Source: Dimorphilus gyrociliatus
Lineage: Eukaryota; Animalia; Annelida
NCBI GenBank assembly: GCA_904063045.1
Contig: CAJFCJ010000093.1
Location: forward strand, 18,629-63,122
Direction: 5' to 3'
Length of the DNA: 44,494 nucleotides
Both the position numbers and the translations under genes were made by a program. The notes beneath the pieces were generated by a model that was given only the letters and a program-made list of their open reading frames with translations, ran no database searches and was not told the DNA's origin. The number at the start of each line of letters is the position of its first letter. Position 1 is the stretch's first letter. This document shows, one piece after another, positions 1-12,215 of the stretch.

Positions 1-541
1 CCTCTAAGTTTTATTTAAGACATAATTTTTAAAATAAGCAGTATAATTGCTTTTGCTTTTTGTAAGTAATTCAAATATGAAAAAGAGAACACAGTTTTTT
101 AATGAACATTTCAGGTTTCACTTATTCAAAATGATAGATTAAATTATTCCTTTGAAATAAACTTTTTATTAACAATTTAGACAGTGAAAATGTAGCTGAT
201 TTTATGCCATCAAACAAAATTTCAAGACAAAAGGGCCAGGAAGGTTAGGGTTGAGCAGTGTATTTTGTGATGTTTTTTGTTAGGCAAACACTTATAGATG
301 AAAAAGAAAAAAGATAAAAGTTTCATTTCGAAAAATTATTAAGAGGAGTCAAATTTCATTGTATAAATGCATGAATAAGAAGAAAAATACAGTTTTAAAT
401 ATAAATGTGATAGATTAATTATGTATTTATTATGATGTCTTCATTTTTTTAATCAAAAATTTTATCATTCTCTTTCTGTAAGTAATCATTAATTTTTTTC
501 AATATGTGATTTTTGTATTAAAGATACCAAAGATCAGCATT

Positions 542-1439
542 TTAACGTTTTGACAGTATAATTGTAAATGTGATATCTGGATAGGTTTCCTCACAACATG
601 CATATTGTTTCACATTACGTCTACCAGTATTTTTAATAATTCTATATTTTCCATAGTATTCACTAAAGTCAATATTTTTCATATCATTATAAAAGTTTAC
701 ATCTATCTGATTTCCGTGATAAGTCCATGAAGCATATTTGAAATTGCAATGATATTCTCCTCTTTTCTTATCCAGTGGACATCTTACCTTTGAAAAATAG
801 ATGGAATGTAGATGATAAAAGACATTATAACCTCTTCTAACATACCGTTATTAGTTTTGGAGAAATGTACAAAATGTTTCCATTGTGTTTGACAATTGCA
901 AGAACATCGGCAAGATTAATATCTTTACGTGCCCTAGTAAAACATAAACAACAATATATGAGAATTTTTTGATTATAGGATAATGATCTATTACTGATTG
1001 TATAGAATAATATCAGGACTCCAAATCATATTGATTGGTACATGTAGAGATGTAACTTTGTAATCTTCAACAGACCAACGTAATCTAAAGTCCTCCCAGG
1101 ACTATAATTTTCATAAATATTACTGATATTTTGACCTAATTTCTTATTTACAAATTAATATTTTACCATTCTTTGCCAAACATTAAAAGTTATAAGTTCA
1201 CCATCAACTTCAGTGACATCAGTTAAACTTAATCCTAAAGAAACATTACCATTTTGAAAAGAGGAAACATAGCGTTTTCCAAATAAATCATTAATTAATC
1301 TGGTATTATCTTCATATTTCCTAGAAAACAAATTTGCAATGCAGGAAAAGATAAAAGAAGAAAAAAGAAGAGAAACTTACACTGTATAGGATAATTGTAG
1401 AAGCATGGAAATAAAAATTGATAAGAGTAGTACTCTCAT
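542..1439 (-). CDS. Secreted acetylcholine-binding-protein (AChBP)-like protein: soluble nAChR-type ligand-binding domain, 217 aa, 5 exons
   Basis: Exons 1439-1381, 1320-1167, 1101-995, 933-846 and 787-542; GT-AG introns of 60, 65, 61 and 58 bp; frame continuous (654 nt). Protein: MRVLLLSIFISMLLQLSYTVKYEDNTRLINDLFGKRYVSSFQNGNVSLGLSLTDVTEVDGELITFNVWQRMSWEDFRLRWSVEDYKVTSLHVPINMIWSPDIILYNQARKDINLADVLAIVKHNGNILYISPKLITVRCPLDKKRGEYHCNFKYASWTYHGNQIDVNFYNDMKNIDFSEYYGKYRIIKNTGRRNVKQYACCEETYPDITFTIILSKR*. It has a signal peptide, the WxPDI motif, loop B SWTY and loop C YxCCxxxY, and stops where TM1 would begin. Confidence 0.88.
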
Positions 1440-2469
1440 TCTGAAAATATTGTCTCTTCCAAATTATTAGTAAAAGATGAAAATTCAGTTTATATGCTTG
1501 AATGTGAAACAAGAATAAATGTGATGATTGGATAATTAATCATTGACAAACTAGTGAATGAACTATTAACTATTAATATAACTATTTATAGCTATTTGAT
1601 TAACAATTATGAATAAAACTCGAATTATGTAGACTGTAGAGTAGTAAGTGAATAACTTTAATAATCATTACTAATCACTCATTTATTCCATTAACAATAA
1701 TTATTCTTGTATACCTATTTTATTGATAAATAAAATTCTGGTAAGCCCACACATTTCATAAAATTCCTTAGCTAAAATACAGATTTAGACAACTTATCAG
1801 ATGCCGAATTAAGAGAATTTCAAGATGTTAAACATGTCAACAGTGCAAAAATTCACTTCTACAAGTTAACACATGCTTTAATACATCTCTGCAATCATGT
1901 TATCAGTTATAAAGAGTGCATTTCTAGTCATCCAAACCAAAGAATATCCATTATGTAGGGGATTTATTCCAGAATATGTGCTTATCAAAACATATGTAGA
2001 CGAATTTAGATTTACAGTTTTTAGAAATCATAAAATACAGACTAAGATTTATTTTAAAGGAAAAATTTGTGATAAAAAATATTTATTATCTATAAAACAA
2101 ACAACAGAATTCTATTCTCTTTTTTTTCATCTTTGAAAAGAAGGAATTTCTAGATGTTGAAAGAATTCTAAATTGCTAAAATTCAAAGAAATCATGAATA
2201 AGATTTTTTCAAGTTAGTTCCATACAATAACATAAATTATTGATTTTTTTTAATAATAAAATTAATTTTCTAATCATTACATTTATTCAAGTTTGACATT
2301 CAATTATATTACATTCCATACCAAAAAAATTTCAAATTTTGTGTTTTTTTTTGCAAGAAATCTTTGCAAAATTTTATTAATTTTTTAATAAACACTGTAA
2401 ATTTTGATAAGAAAAAGAAATTGTCAAAAAAGCAAAATATACTTTTAAATTAATGAAAACTGGCATTGT

Positions 2470-2635
2470 TTTGTCTTTAATTTCTACCAAAAATTACATT
2501 TTTTAAGACTATTTGGGAATAAACTTTAAAGGTTCTATTTGTGTGAGTACTTTGGCAAATTGGTCAATGATTGCAAAAGATGAATACTATTTTAAAGAAG
2601 CAAAACTTTCTACAATTACAATACAGTAAAGTACA
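2470..2635 (+). repeat. Unclassified dispersed repeat family A, copy 1
   Basis: Shares ...aaactttaaaggttctattt...tactttggcaaattggt.aatgatt...ctacaattacaataca..aaagtaca with 4298-4462 and with reverse copies at ~17208-17270, 29988-30040, 31154-31171 and 43738-43846. Confidence 0.8.
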
Positions 2636-2794
2636 GTCTGACAGCTGAACATATGCAGGTACATTCACACATTCTAAGCAAATTGCACAAATTTTTCTTT
2701 ATTAAAAATATATTGTTTGGACGCCATTTTGAAATTTTGATTGGTTATTTATAATCTAAAGTAGTAATTCCTAGCTTAGGCTATCATTGACCCA

Positions 2795-2888
2795 CTTATT
2801 TTTCTTTTCAATTGAAGGCTTAAGAGGGCGGAGGGGTTTTTATAAATGTAATCGCCCTCTTAAGCCTTTAATTGAAAAGAAAAATAGG
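2795..2888. repeat. Near-perfect hairpin, ~37-bp stem and ~20-nt loop
   Basis: 2797-2830 pairs with 2853-2886 with a single G.T (position sum 5683); two further G.T pairs extend the stem to 2795-2831/2852-2888. Confidence 0.9.
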
Positions 2889-3240
2889 AATAGCTGGTTT
2901 TTCCACAGGGTTCACACTGCATTATGCAAAAGTAAGTCAAAGATAAAACATTCAAAAAATTATTTAGGGCTAAGTTAAGATCAGGATAAAATACTCAAAG
3001 AGAGAGAGAAACAGTTCAATATGTAAATGTCTTATTTTAATTATGGGAAATCTTTGGAAAATTTACCTCGAATTAATGTAAATTATTATGGAATAATAAT
3101 AATGCTGTGGCTCGTAGTTTTTGTAATTCATTGTATTTCTTGAATACAAGCTCCCTATTGTCTTTACTCCACGTCATATTTAAAAAAGTATAATGAAAAT
3201 AAAGTAATATAATTGAAATTAACAATTAATTGAATAAGAT

Positions 3241-3330
3241 AACTTAGAAAAAAAATGTTTTTTTGCAACATCTATTTAAATGCCAAACTGGATGTCAAGT
3301 GACTGTTCCAATAATTATGGAGTGTGGCCA
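3241..3330 (-). mobile_element. Tc1-like 5' subterminal relic
   Basis: 3271-3300 matches 41735-41764 at 29/30; the latter lies upstream of the Tc1 transposase start at 41626. It is followed by a Tc1-TIR-like ctgttccaataattatggag. Confidence 0.5.
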
Positions 3331-4297
3331 AATAAAGAAAAAATTGATGAAAATGACCAAAAATATTTTGCTTATAATATTCATAAATATTATCATTTTG
3401 TCAATTTTTTTTCAATATTACGTAAATATAACCTTTTTTTTATAGAAATTTAGACCAAAAAAAATAATTTACAAGGATAAAACAATTTTAACTATTAATT
3501 AAAAGTTGGCCAGAACTCTGATTGAAAATGTACACATACATTCGTCAGCTATATTCTACAATAGAGAAGTAGTATTGAACCAGTATTGTACTATGAGATA
3601 GCACTGATAAAGATAAGCAGTAGTGACCTAGTTTCGCATAGGGCAGTGCATACACATTATGCAGTAATAAAACCTATTGAATTATATAAAGAATATTTGC
3701 TATTTGCAACCTAGCATTAATATTACAATTTATTAATCCATAAATTTATGATTTCGAACTAAAACTAGTTCAATTAATTATCAATTATGCTTAAATTCTA
3801 AGGTTAGATTATATTCACTATTCAACAGTATTGTATACACAATACTGTTCTTTTTAACATGCATTAATCAGATATACTTCCTCTGCATATGCTGATGCTA
3901 AATTTACTAACTCAATCAATTGAATATCATTATTAAGGTAGAATATAAAAACGGTCAAATATACAATCTACATGTTTTCTTGATTGTTGGACTTGTCCTA
4001 CTAAAATTGTTACATCTTATGCAACTCTCCAACCTTCGAAATTCAACTATTATTTAGAAGAGGAAAACAATAAAAACATGACCATATTTAGAACTTTTCT
4101 TTGTCTTCAAATGTTACTTTTGTTTTTGTGAACATTGAAATATGTGAACTATCAACCCTTAAAAGAGTATATAAACCCTACGAAATTAACAGTTGATAGT
4201 TCAGTTTTCTAACCGTCAGCTAGTTGTTTAAACTAGCTTGTTTAGAACTAGAAGCTCATTTTACTCAATACATATTCTTTGGACGAAATACTGGTGT

Positions 4298-4462
4298 TTT
4301 GTTAATCAATTTCTACCGAAATTGCCTTTGTTAGACTATTTGTGGACGAACTTTAAAGGTTCTATTTGGACCAGTACTTTGGCAAGTTGGTAAATGATTG
4401 GAAAGGACGATTACAGTTGTGACGAACCAGAAATTCCTACAATTACAATACAACAAAGTACA
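4298..4462 (+). repeat. Dispersed repeat family A, copy 2
   Basis: Aligns with 2470-2635 and ends at the shared CAACAAAGTACA terminus, immediately before the MULE TIR. Confidence 0.8.
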
Positions 4463-6665
4463 GAAAATGGCCAAAAACCTAGTTTTATATAGATACTAAT
4501 AAAAATAAATGTTAAAAAAAAAACTTAGATGCTACTTATTGTTTTATTTAATGATGTAGATATTTTTAGTATTTAATTATATTATTTTTAACTGCTCAAA
4601 ACCTTCACATAATTAAATGTTTGTGAGTGATAATGTCACAACTAAAATAATATACCAGTTTTCTTTTGTAAAATGTATATTTCACTGAAACTATTTCTGT
4701 TTGAAACCATTAGGTAACATTATATAAATTTGATAATTTAAACATGTATAATGGCCATATTAGAGGGTTATTTATTTTATATTTAAAAAGAACTAATTTT
4801 GTTCTTGTCATCATTTTTTTTCAGAAAATTTTTGATTGCATTTCCACAGAAAGTTCTACTTTATATCAGACCACTTTCAAAATGCCTCCTTCTTGCTATT
4901 CTTGCCAAAGAAAAGTATATAAAAAATATGAATGCATATGCAGTCTATGCAAGAAAATATTTCACTTGAAATGTTTAAGAGGTAAGACTTGATTAGTTTT
5001 TTTAAACTTTTAAAAGTTGTGTTTTAGATGGTTTTTGCTCAATGTGCACAACAATCAACAAACATCAATTAAAAGTTGTTTTGAACAAACATGATGACAT
5101 CTCCATTCTTTTTCAACAACCAGAAGTTGAAAAAAACACTGCAATGGAGGTGGACAACCAAGCTTGCGCTTCTGATAAAATAATGGGAGAAGAGAGTATG
5201 ACAGAAAATGTTGTTACTGCATTTCAATTGGAAGAAGAAATACAAACTAGTCATTGTGAAATCCTAAATTCTGTTCTGGAGAATGAAAATATGATGGAAG
5301 TTGATCATGAAGAGGAATGTATGACAACTGATATAGTACAAGAAGATGTTAATAATGGATTTAATGCTCAAAATCATATAGAAAGCTCTTTTGAAGACAT
5401 AATGGATTAAGCAAATTTAGATGATGATGGAGCATTTAAAATTTTCAAGAATGGAAGCCAAAAAGGATAACCATTAATGATTCACAATGGCTTTTCATAT
5501 ACAATAAAAGGACATGGAGAGCACTTCAGAATATGGAGATGTAGTGTCCTGTGGTTTTTAGATGGAACTTTCAAAGTTGTAAATCCTCCCTTCAAACAGC
5601 TGTTTTCCATTCACTCATTCCTGAAAAAAGATGGTGTGCTTAAACAAGTTCCTCTTCTTTTTGCAATGACAACATCAAAAAAGAAAGTCTGTTATTCTCT
5701 TTTATTTAAGTTATACTTTAAATACTATTTTGAAAAAAGTCTACAAATATTTCTTCAAGCTGTAAAAGAATTGATTCCTGACAAATCACCAAAGAAAATA
5801 TTGGTAGATTCTGAAAGAGCAGTTTGGAAGAATTTACAAAAGCATTATCCAGATGCCGAAGTAAAAGGCTGTCTCTTTCACTGGACTCAAGTACATAATT
5901 TTTTTGTGTTTAATATTTTCTTAAAAAACTAATTTTCTTTTGGATTTTGTAGGAATTGGGTTATTCTGCTAAATATAAAAGCCATGTGGACAATGGACTG
6001 AAATGAAAAAGCTATTGGCAGTACCATTCTTACCTGCTGATGTTATTCCAAATGAATTTCATAAAATAAAACAACATTTGAAAGCAATCCAGAAATTGGA
6101 GGATCTTGTTAACTATATTGAGGCTACTTGGATTGAAGATAGTCTGTGGACACCATCATCTTGGTCAGCATATGAATCTCCTATCAGAACAAATAATGAT
6201 GTTGAGGGATTCCACAATAGATTGAATATAAATATGGGCAACTCCAAATCTTTTTACAATCTGATAGATGAGCTGAAAAGAGAGGCTGATCTCATTCCAA
6301 TATATCAACAGCTGCTTTCTGAAAAGAAATTGAAGAGATTACAGAAAAAAATCTATTTAAATGTCCAAAAAGAAATATTTGATACTTGGGAGAAATTTAA
6401 AAATGGTGAAATAACAGCAGCTCAGATTTTGGAAAATTGTTCAAAAATATATTTGTCACATTAGATATGCTACAGTTCTTAGTTCAAGTTGTTACTTTTA
6501 GTAGTTTCTCTTTTTTATATTTGTTTTAATGTTGTTTCATTTTCATTAAATATATATCTTCAAACTATTCTTATCATTTAGAATAATCAATATTATTATT
6601 TATTTATAATTATAATTTTTTATATAAAACTAGGTCTTTGGCCATTTTCAATCCTGGCCGTTTTC
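4463..6665 (+). mobile_element. Mutator-like (MULE, Phantom-type) DNA transposon #1, defective
   Basis: TIR gaaaatggccaaaaacctagttttatata (4463-4491) versus tatataaaactaggtctttggccattttc (6621-6649), with an extra subrepeat to ~6665; internal MULE transposase. No clear TSD. Confidence 0.8.
4882..6464 (+). pseudogene. PHD-FLYWCH-MULE transposase pseudogene with introns
   Basis: Spliced N-terminus MPPSCYSCQ...CSLCKKIFHLKCLR|DGFCSMC (C4HC3; intron 4982-5027). FLYWCH start GFSYTIK...WRCS is fused directly to WFLDGTFK (internal deletion); then [15 protein letters not shown] and RTNNDVEGFHNRLN. In-frame stop at 5410. Confidence 0.85.
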
Positions 6666-7507
6666 TATCATATTCTTAAAAGTTGGCCTATCAAAATTTA
6701 TGGTGTCCACTTTTTTATGAAGTCTACTTTATATATATATATGCAAGCACTCATATAAAATCCTTACAAATGAATGAAGTTAATTTAGAATTAATTTTAA
6801 AACTACATTTTTATCAATCATATCTAAGTTCCTCTCAGAGTTTCATAAAAAATATTCCATACGTCAATTCTGTTTTGCAATATAATTTCTTTTGGCCATT
6901 GTTCGATTGGTTCAAATTGTGGTAGATTTAAGTCACAAAGATAAATGACAAATACTTTTTTTGGGCTACAAAAAAGGGAAAGAGAAATGCATGAATGGTT
7001 ATAATTAGAAATCCCACATACTTATGTATATCTCATATTATCTGGATCATCACTCATGAATAACCCTTTGTAAGTGAATGAGTTAGGGTAAAAGCACTGA
7101 TTTGTGGACGTTTTCTGTTGCATCCATTGCAAACATACATGTTAGCAAATATTTATAACCCTGAAAACATTTGTTTTATGATTTACACCTTCTTCAGCAT
7201 AGGCAAAAAGTCCTCAGCCACCTCAAAAAATTTTGACTTAAATATTTAGATATATTGAATAACTACTTTGAATTGATAATAATAATTTTTAATATGTAGA
7301 AATTAATATCCTGCAGGAGAAATTATCAAAAAATTACTTTTCTTTTAAAAAATCCTGTTTTAGTAATTACACTTTGAAAAAAGGGGTTAGTTAAACATAT
7401 TCAGTTGGAATATTGTCGAATTCTTGCTGTGTTACCCTCCATAGATCATCTACATTTGTGCACATATGTTTACCAACCCTTCCTTTTATGTATGACCATA
7501 AATTTTT

Positions 7508-10264
7508 GGGAGCAGGTGAAACCGTACCTGGGTTAAACCATACCCACTAGAGGGTTAAACCATACCCACTAGAGGGTTAAACCGTACCCAGGTGAAACCG
7601 TACCCAGCTTAAACTGTACCCATAAAGGGGTTAAACCGTACCCATTTTTTATTTAATATACTGTATATGTTTATTAAACTTGTGATAATGAAATCTATGT
7701 TATACTGATACAATGTATATAGGCAAATATATAAACATACATTTATCTAAAAACTTAAAAGAATTAAAAATGAAAAGAAATAGAGAATATGAAATGAAGG
7801 TAAAATCTATGGAGCATATATATGAGATGTTTGTAGCAATAATTCATCTGCTAATATTATTCCTAATTTGTATTCATCCCAAATGTCAAATATTTTTTTT
7901 TCTCTCTCCACATACCTTTTTCTCTGATATCTATATATTTGTTTATCAGACATCACCTTTTCATAGATAATCATCAAATCTCCCTCTTTTTTCAGTTCAT
8001 CCACTAATATGTAGAACGAGCCTTTTGATTGCATTTGACTATTCATCCTGTTGTGCCAACCCTCCAGACTATTATTTGTTCTAATTGATAGACCAAACAC
8101 TGACCAATTTTCAGGTTTCCACATAGAATTACATATCCATGTATTTTCAAAATACAACAGTAGGTCAGAAAATTTCTGTTGTTCCAAAAGTTCAGACTTG
8201 AGTCTGCCAAATGTTGAAATGATGATATCAGATGGCAGAAATGGTAATGCTATGATTTTCCTTAGATCTCTCCATTCTTCTCCTTTCTCCATATATTATT
8301 TGGAATATCCAAGAGACTGAGAATAACAAATTAATTATGAAATAAGATATTGATTTAAATATTAGATCTACCTGTATTTTCCTATAAATTGCTTGGGTGA
8401 AATGAAAAACACATCCATGTATTGTTGTATTTGGAAACACTTTTGTTATTGTCTTCCATAGTGCCATCTCAAAGTCTAAAGTGACTTTTTCAGGCTCTCA
8501 CATGTTAATCATTTTCTTAATAGTCTACAGAAAATTATTTAACATTTAACAAACTGAAAATATAATTGGTTATTACACTTACTTTAAATGCTAATTTATA
8601 AGCTCTCTTGTGTTTTGATGTCATGAAAATGAAGGCAAGGGGCACATGTTTCATGTTCCCATTCTTTTTCACATAACATTGGATTGTCAGTAATTGGTAA
8701 AATGGTTCTTTTACAATTTTAAATGTTCCATCAACAAACCAATGATCTGATTTACTCAACAATTCAAACTGATAGTCTGTGCCAAGTATAAGAATTGTTT
8801 CATTGTTTTCACAGATATCTTTCTTTAGAAAGTTGTCTGGTATGAAATCCATATTTAATTCAAAATCATAATCTTTTGGTTCCATTGACCTCTTCTTTTG
8901 CCTGGTTGAATTCGTCATCCTTTTTAAATATTGCAGGTTTGGTAGAAAATCAGTATTTTCCTGGTTATTAAGAAGAACTATTTCAGCCAGCTTTCTTCCA
9001 CTTGTAGCAAAATCTTTTTGGCATAAGTTTTTCAGTTCCCTTTTTATTTCAACATCAACTTTTCGATACTTTTTTCCTTCATGATTATGCTGTTGACTTC
9101 CTTTAACAAAGATACTGCCTTGTTGATGAATTCTTGCTGGATATCTTTTTTTATTAGTTCTTACACTACATACCCATATGCTACTTTTTGAATTTTTTGT
9201 TTTCAGAGTGAAATAAAACTCATTATTAATTAGTAAATCTTTACCAATCTGACTTCCCCCTTTTACTACATAAAATTCATCCATCCTTCCAGTCACATTA
9301 CTCTCTTCTAGATCTTGATCTTCATTTCTACAAATAAGGGCAGGCTGTTCAGTGTCTTGATTTTGACTTCTTTCATTAATGTGACTTTCTTCTATATGCT
9401 GATGTTCATTTGCACTATTAATGACACTCTCATCCATATCTATGTGTTGATCTATCTGCATAATTTCCCTGTTAATAATATCATTATCATCATCTTTCAA
9501 TCTTTTAACCTGCAGAAGAAACTGCTTCTTTTCACAGTCCAGACAAACTGATACCTTTGAATCTAGAAGACAAAAGTTAAGTAGTTACAAATTAAGATGT
9601 GCATTTAAATATCATACTCAGTAAACATTTTTCATGGATTTTTTCATTCCATAGCACACAAAGTTTCCATTTCTGTCTCCCATATATAATAAGTTTGCAA
9701 TTTTTACATTTCATTTTTAATCTGGATCTGTTATACATAAAACATTAGTTTTGTGTAATAAAAATTTCATAAAGCAGTTAAGGGAAATCAATATTTAAAA
9801 ATATTTAAACCTATTACTTAATGCCATATAATAATACACAAGATGATAGACAATTATTATTTCACTATTTACTTTAATAAACTTTTTTTCAAAGTTATGA
9901 AAAAGGGCTATTATCATCAATAATAATTCGTTTACCTTTGTTTTATTTTGGATAGATTCCCAAAATAATATTTAACTGAGAATTCTGTAAAATCAATATC
10001 AGAAATAAATCAAAATGGCTGACTTAAAATGAGTACCAATATTAAAAACTGGTATTCTAAGTAACAGAATATTATGGAATTAATTTAATAATTTACACAC
10101 ACATATATATATATATATATACAGTATATATAATATTATTCAAAATAATACATTTGTTAATATATGTTAATTATTTTAAAGTTGGTATGGTTTAACCCCT
10201 TTATGGGTATGGTTTAACCCTCTAGTGGGTATGGTTTAACCCAGGTACGGTTTCACCCCTATTC
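7508..10264 (-). mobile_element. Mutator-like (Phantom, foldback-type TIR) transposon #2, full length with both TIRs and TSD
   Basis: TIRs are tandem arrays of GGT(G/T)AAACC(G/A)TACC at 7508-7644 and inverted at ~10183-10264. Flanks aaattttt (7500-7507) and aaattttc (10265-10272) form an 8-bp TSD with one mismatch. Confidence 0.88.
7807..9714 (-). pseudogene. PHD-FLYWCH-MULE transposase pseudogene (spliced, nonsense mutations)
   Basis: MKCKNC...CVLWNEKIHEKCLL|NSKVSVCLDC (intron 9563-9617), FLYWCH (FYFTLKTK...WVCS...HNH), WFVDGTFK, DFEMALW, GCVFHFTQA, RTNNSLEGWHNRMN. Premature TGA and TAA codons in the spliced frame, and one PHD Cys changed to Trp. Confidence 0.85.
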
Positions 10265-11929
10265 AAATTTTCAATAGGATTTAGGTCAGGACTTGCAAGT
10301 GCCTTATGTTCTTTTCATTTAGATACCTTAAGGTACTCCTAGATGTATGGCATGGAGCACCATCCTGCATGAATACATGGTCCCTATCATAATTCTCTAG
10401 AAAAGATTTATCAAGAATTTCTTGATATTTCTCCAAGTTTGAATTATTTTTAAATAAATGTATACCTCTGCTGCCATGACTTTTTATAAAACCCCATATA
10501 TTTAGGGAACCATTTGCCTCTTTAAAAGTTTTTATTGCATATTTTGCCTTATATCTATTAGCTGGATGCCTTCTGACAAACTGTCAGTGTTTTGGATATA
10601 AATCTATTCTTGTCTCATCCGAAAACACAATTGATTTGATTTGATCTGTGCTCCAACAGAGGAGTCTAACCCTTTGAAACAAATATGTACATTCCACTGA
10701 ATTTTCTTATGTAAAATTATTCTCTCCAAATTGTTTTCTCTTTAAATTCACAAGTTGAAGAAACATATTCAACATCTTGTGATTGTTTTGGAAGAATTAT
10801 TGGTTTTTCATTAAACTCAATATGATAATAAAGTCCAAAGCCTTGGTAGGATATTGATGAACAAGATTTATCATAAAGTTGAAATACCATTTCATTACCT
10901 CAAATAACCTAGTGGAAGAAAGACATTTTTTCATTTTCTTTCAATTTCACATATGATACATCACAGGAAAAGTCTGTATACAAATCATATAACTAATTAA
11001 AGATTATAAAAATAGATGTACAGTATTGATCATCCATGCACCCATGTAGTTTTTTTGTAAAAGTTACATTTTTGTTGACTTTGTTGTTGGTATGTTGGCC
11101 AATTACCTATAAGAAAAAGGTGATAAATCTTTGAGAATAATTTTCTATTACAGACATAAAAAGATTTTATTTTTACATTTTGAAAATTTATCTTTTATGA
11201 ACAAAATAGCATGTTTTTACATTCTTAATATTTGATATTATACCACAAATCATGCTTGCTCGCATATGATTTTTTAGGTAGGGCAATAAGCTTTTGATAA
11301 TGTTTAGCTCAGGGCTGTTGGCATGAGCGCAAAACTGTAAATGTTTTTTTCCTTATTTTTGTATGACTCCTCTTAAAATATTTTTGCAATCTCAACTTGC
11401 GATACCTTTTCAAGGAATTTTTTATCACTAGCCTTCTTACAGCTATACCAATAGTCTGCATTTTTGATGCAAATGGCCCAATGCAGCACTAAATGTACTC
11501 CCTTTGGGTAGTTGGCCAATTTGGTGGCCTGTTGTAAAAAGTTAATAATTTCCTGCTTTAGTCTGTAATACTAATCATTTTTATGATTGGCAGTTGAACA
11601 TAGATAAGCTATGTTCATCTAGCTTTCCATCAAATATATCTAACAATCATCACAGTCAACAAAAGTTTTAAAAAAATCCATAATGTAAACTTTTCTGAAT
11701 AGTAGAAGATATGACATTGCTTTCTTTCATTTATTTTCAATGAACAATGCAGAAATTTATTTTTTATAAATATAACTTGCTGTTTTGTATTAATTAATTA
11801 AATTTGAAAAAAATACTCCTTTTTTATTTATAAAGGAAAATAATTTTCCAAATATAATTATCTGCTGTTTGAGAACCCCTTCTGATATTAGCCACTTAAT
11901 GTGCATGTTATGTTCAAAATGATAGTCAG

Positions 11930-12215
11930 TCTGCCTTACAACTTTCTACTTTGAGTTTTTGTAAAGTGTTTGATGACAATTTGAGTCCTTGAAAAAATCA
12001 TTTTAAATCCATTTTTGATATTTTCTCCATTCCATGATAAATCTAAATCGACAAATCCTGAACATTTCTTCAGATTCACCTAAGAGTGCAGCTTGATCTT
12101 TGACAAAGCCTTGAGTCCTTCACAAATTATTTTAAATCCAATATCCATATTTTGATTCCATGGCAAATCTAACATTTTCAAAAATTACTTTAAATCCATT
12201 ATTTATCAGACTCTC
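11930..12215 (-). pseudogene. Leucine-rich-repeat (ribonuclease-inhibitor/NLR-type) gene relic
   Basis: Translates LDLPWNQNMDIGFKIICEGLK*...DLDLSWNGENIKNGFKMIF/QGLKLSSNTLQKLKVESC with stops and frameshifts; same repeat unit as 41882-42150. Confidence 0.65.

Larger units (their letters stand above)
7380..10950 (-). mobile_element. Decayed Tc1 transposon split by MULE #2
   Basis: Minus-strand translation gives IVFSDETRIDLYP, FMQDGAPCHTS and SPDLNPIE right of 10264, and NLWSYIKGRV...DDLWRVTQQEFDNIP left of 7508. Outer ends are approximate. Confidence 0.8.

Noticed and set aside
1321-1512. 63-aa ORF from the track
   Set aside because: It reads a wrong frame across exon 1 and intron 1 of the AChBP-like gene.
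1790-2136. Possible plus-strand exons (DLDNLSDAELREF...) and a 79-aa ORF
   Set aside because: No recognisable domain and no consistent multi-exon model.
7515-7644. CRISPR-like repeat/spacer appearance
   Set aside because: Linkers are only 2-8 bp and themselves repeat, the array is mirrored at the other end of a MULE, there are no cas genes, and the context is eukaryotic; these are TIR subrepeats.
8051-8320. Antisense or shadow ORFs (also 5069-5254, 9315-9551, 15373-15594, 18542-18751, 18955-19143, 23042-23260, 28258-28476, 41139-41342, 41904-42212)
   Set aside because: They lie opposite better-supported coding frames and have no motifs of their own.
11400-11720. LDIFDGKLDE resembling a NACHT Walker B
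   Set aside because: Imperfect motif, surrounded by stops, with no Walker A upstream on that strand.
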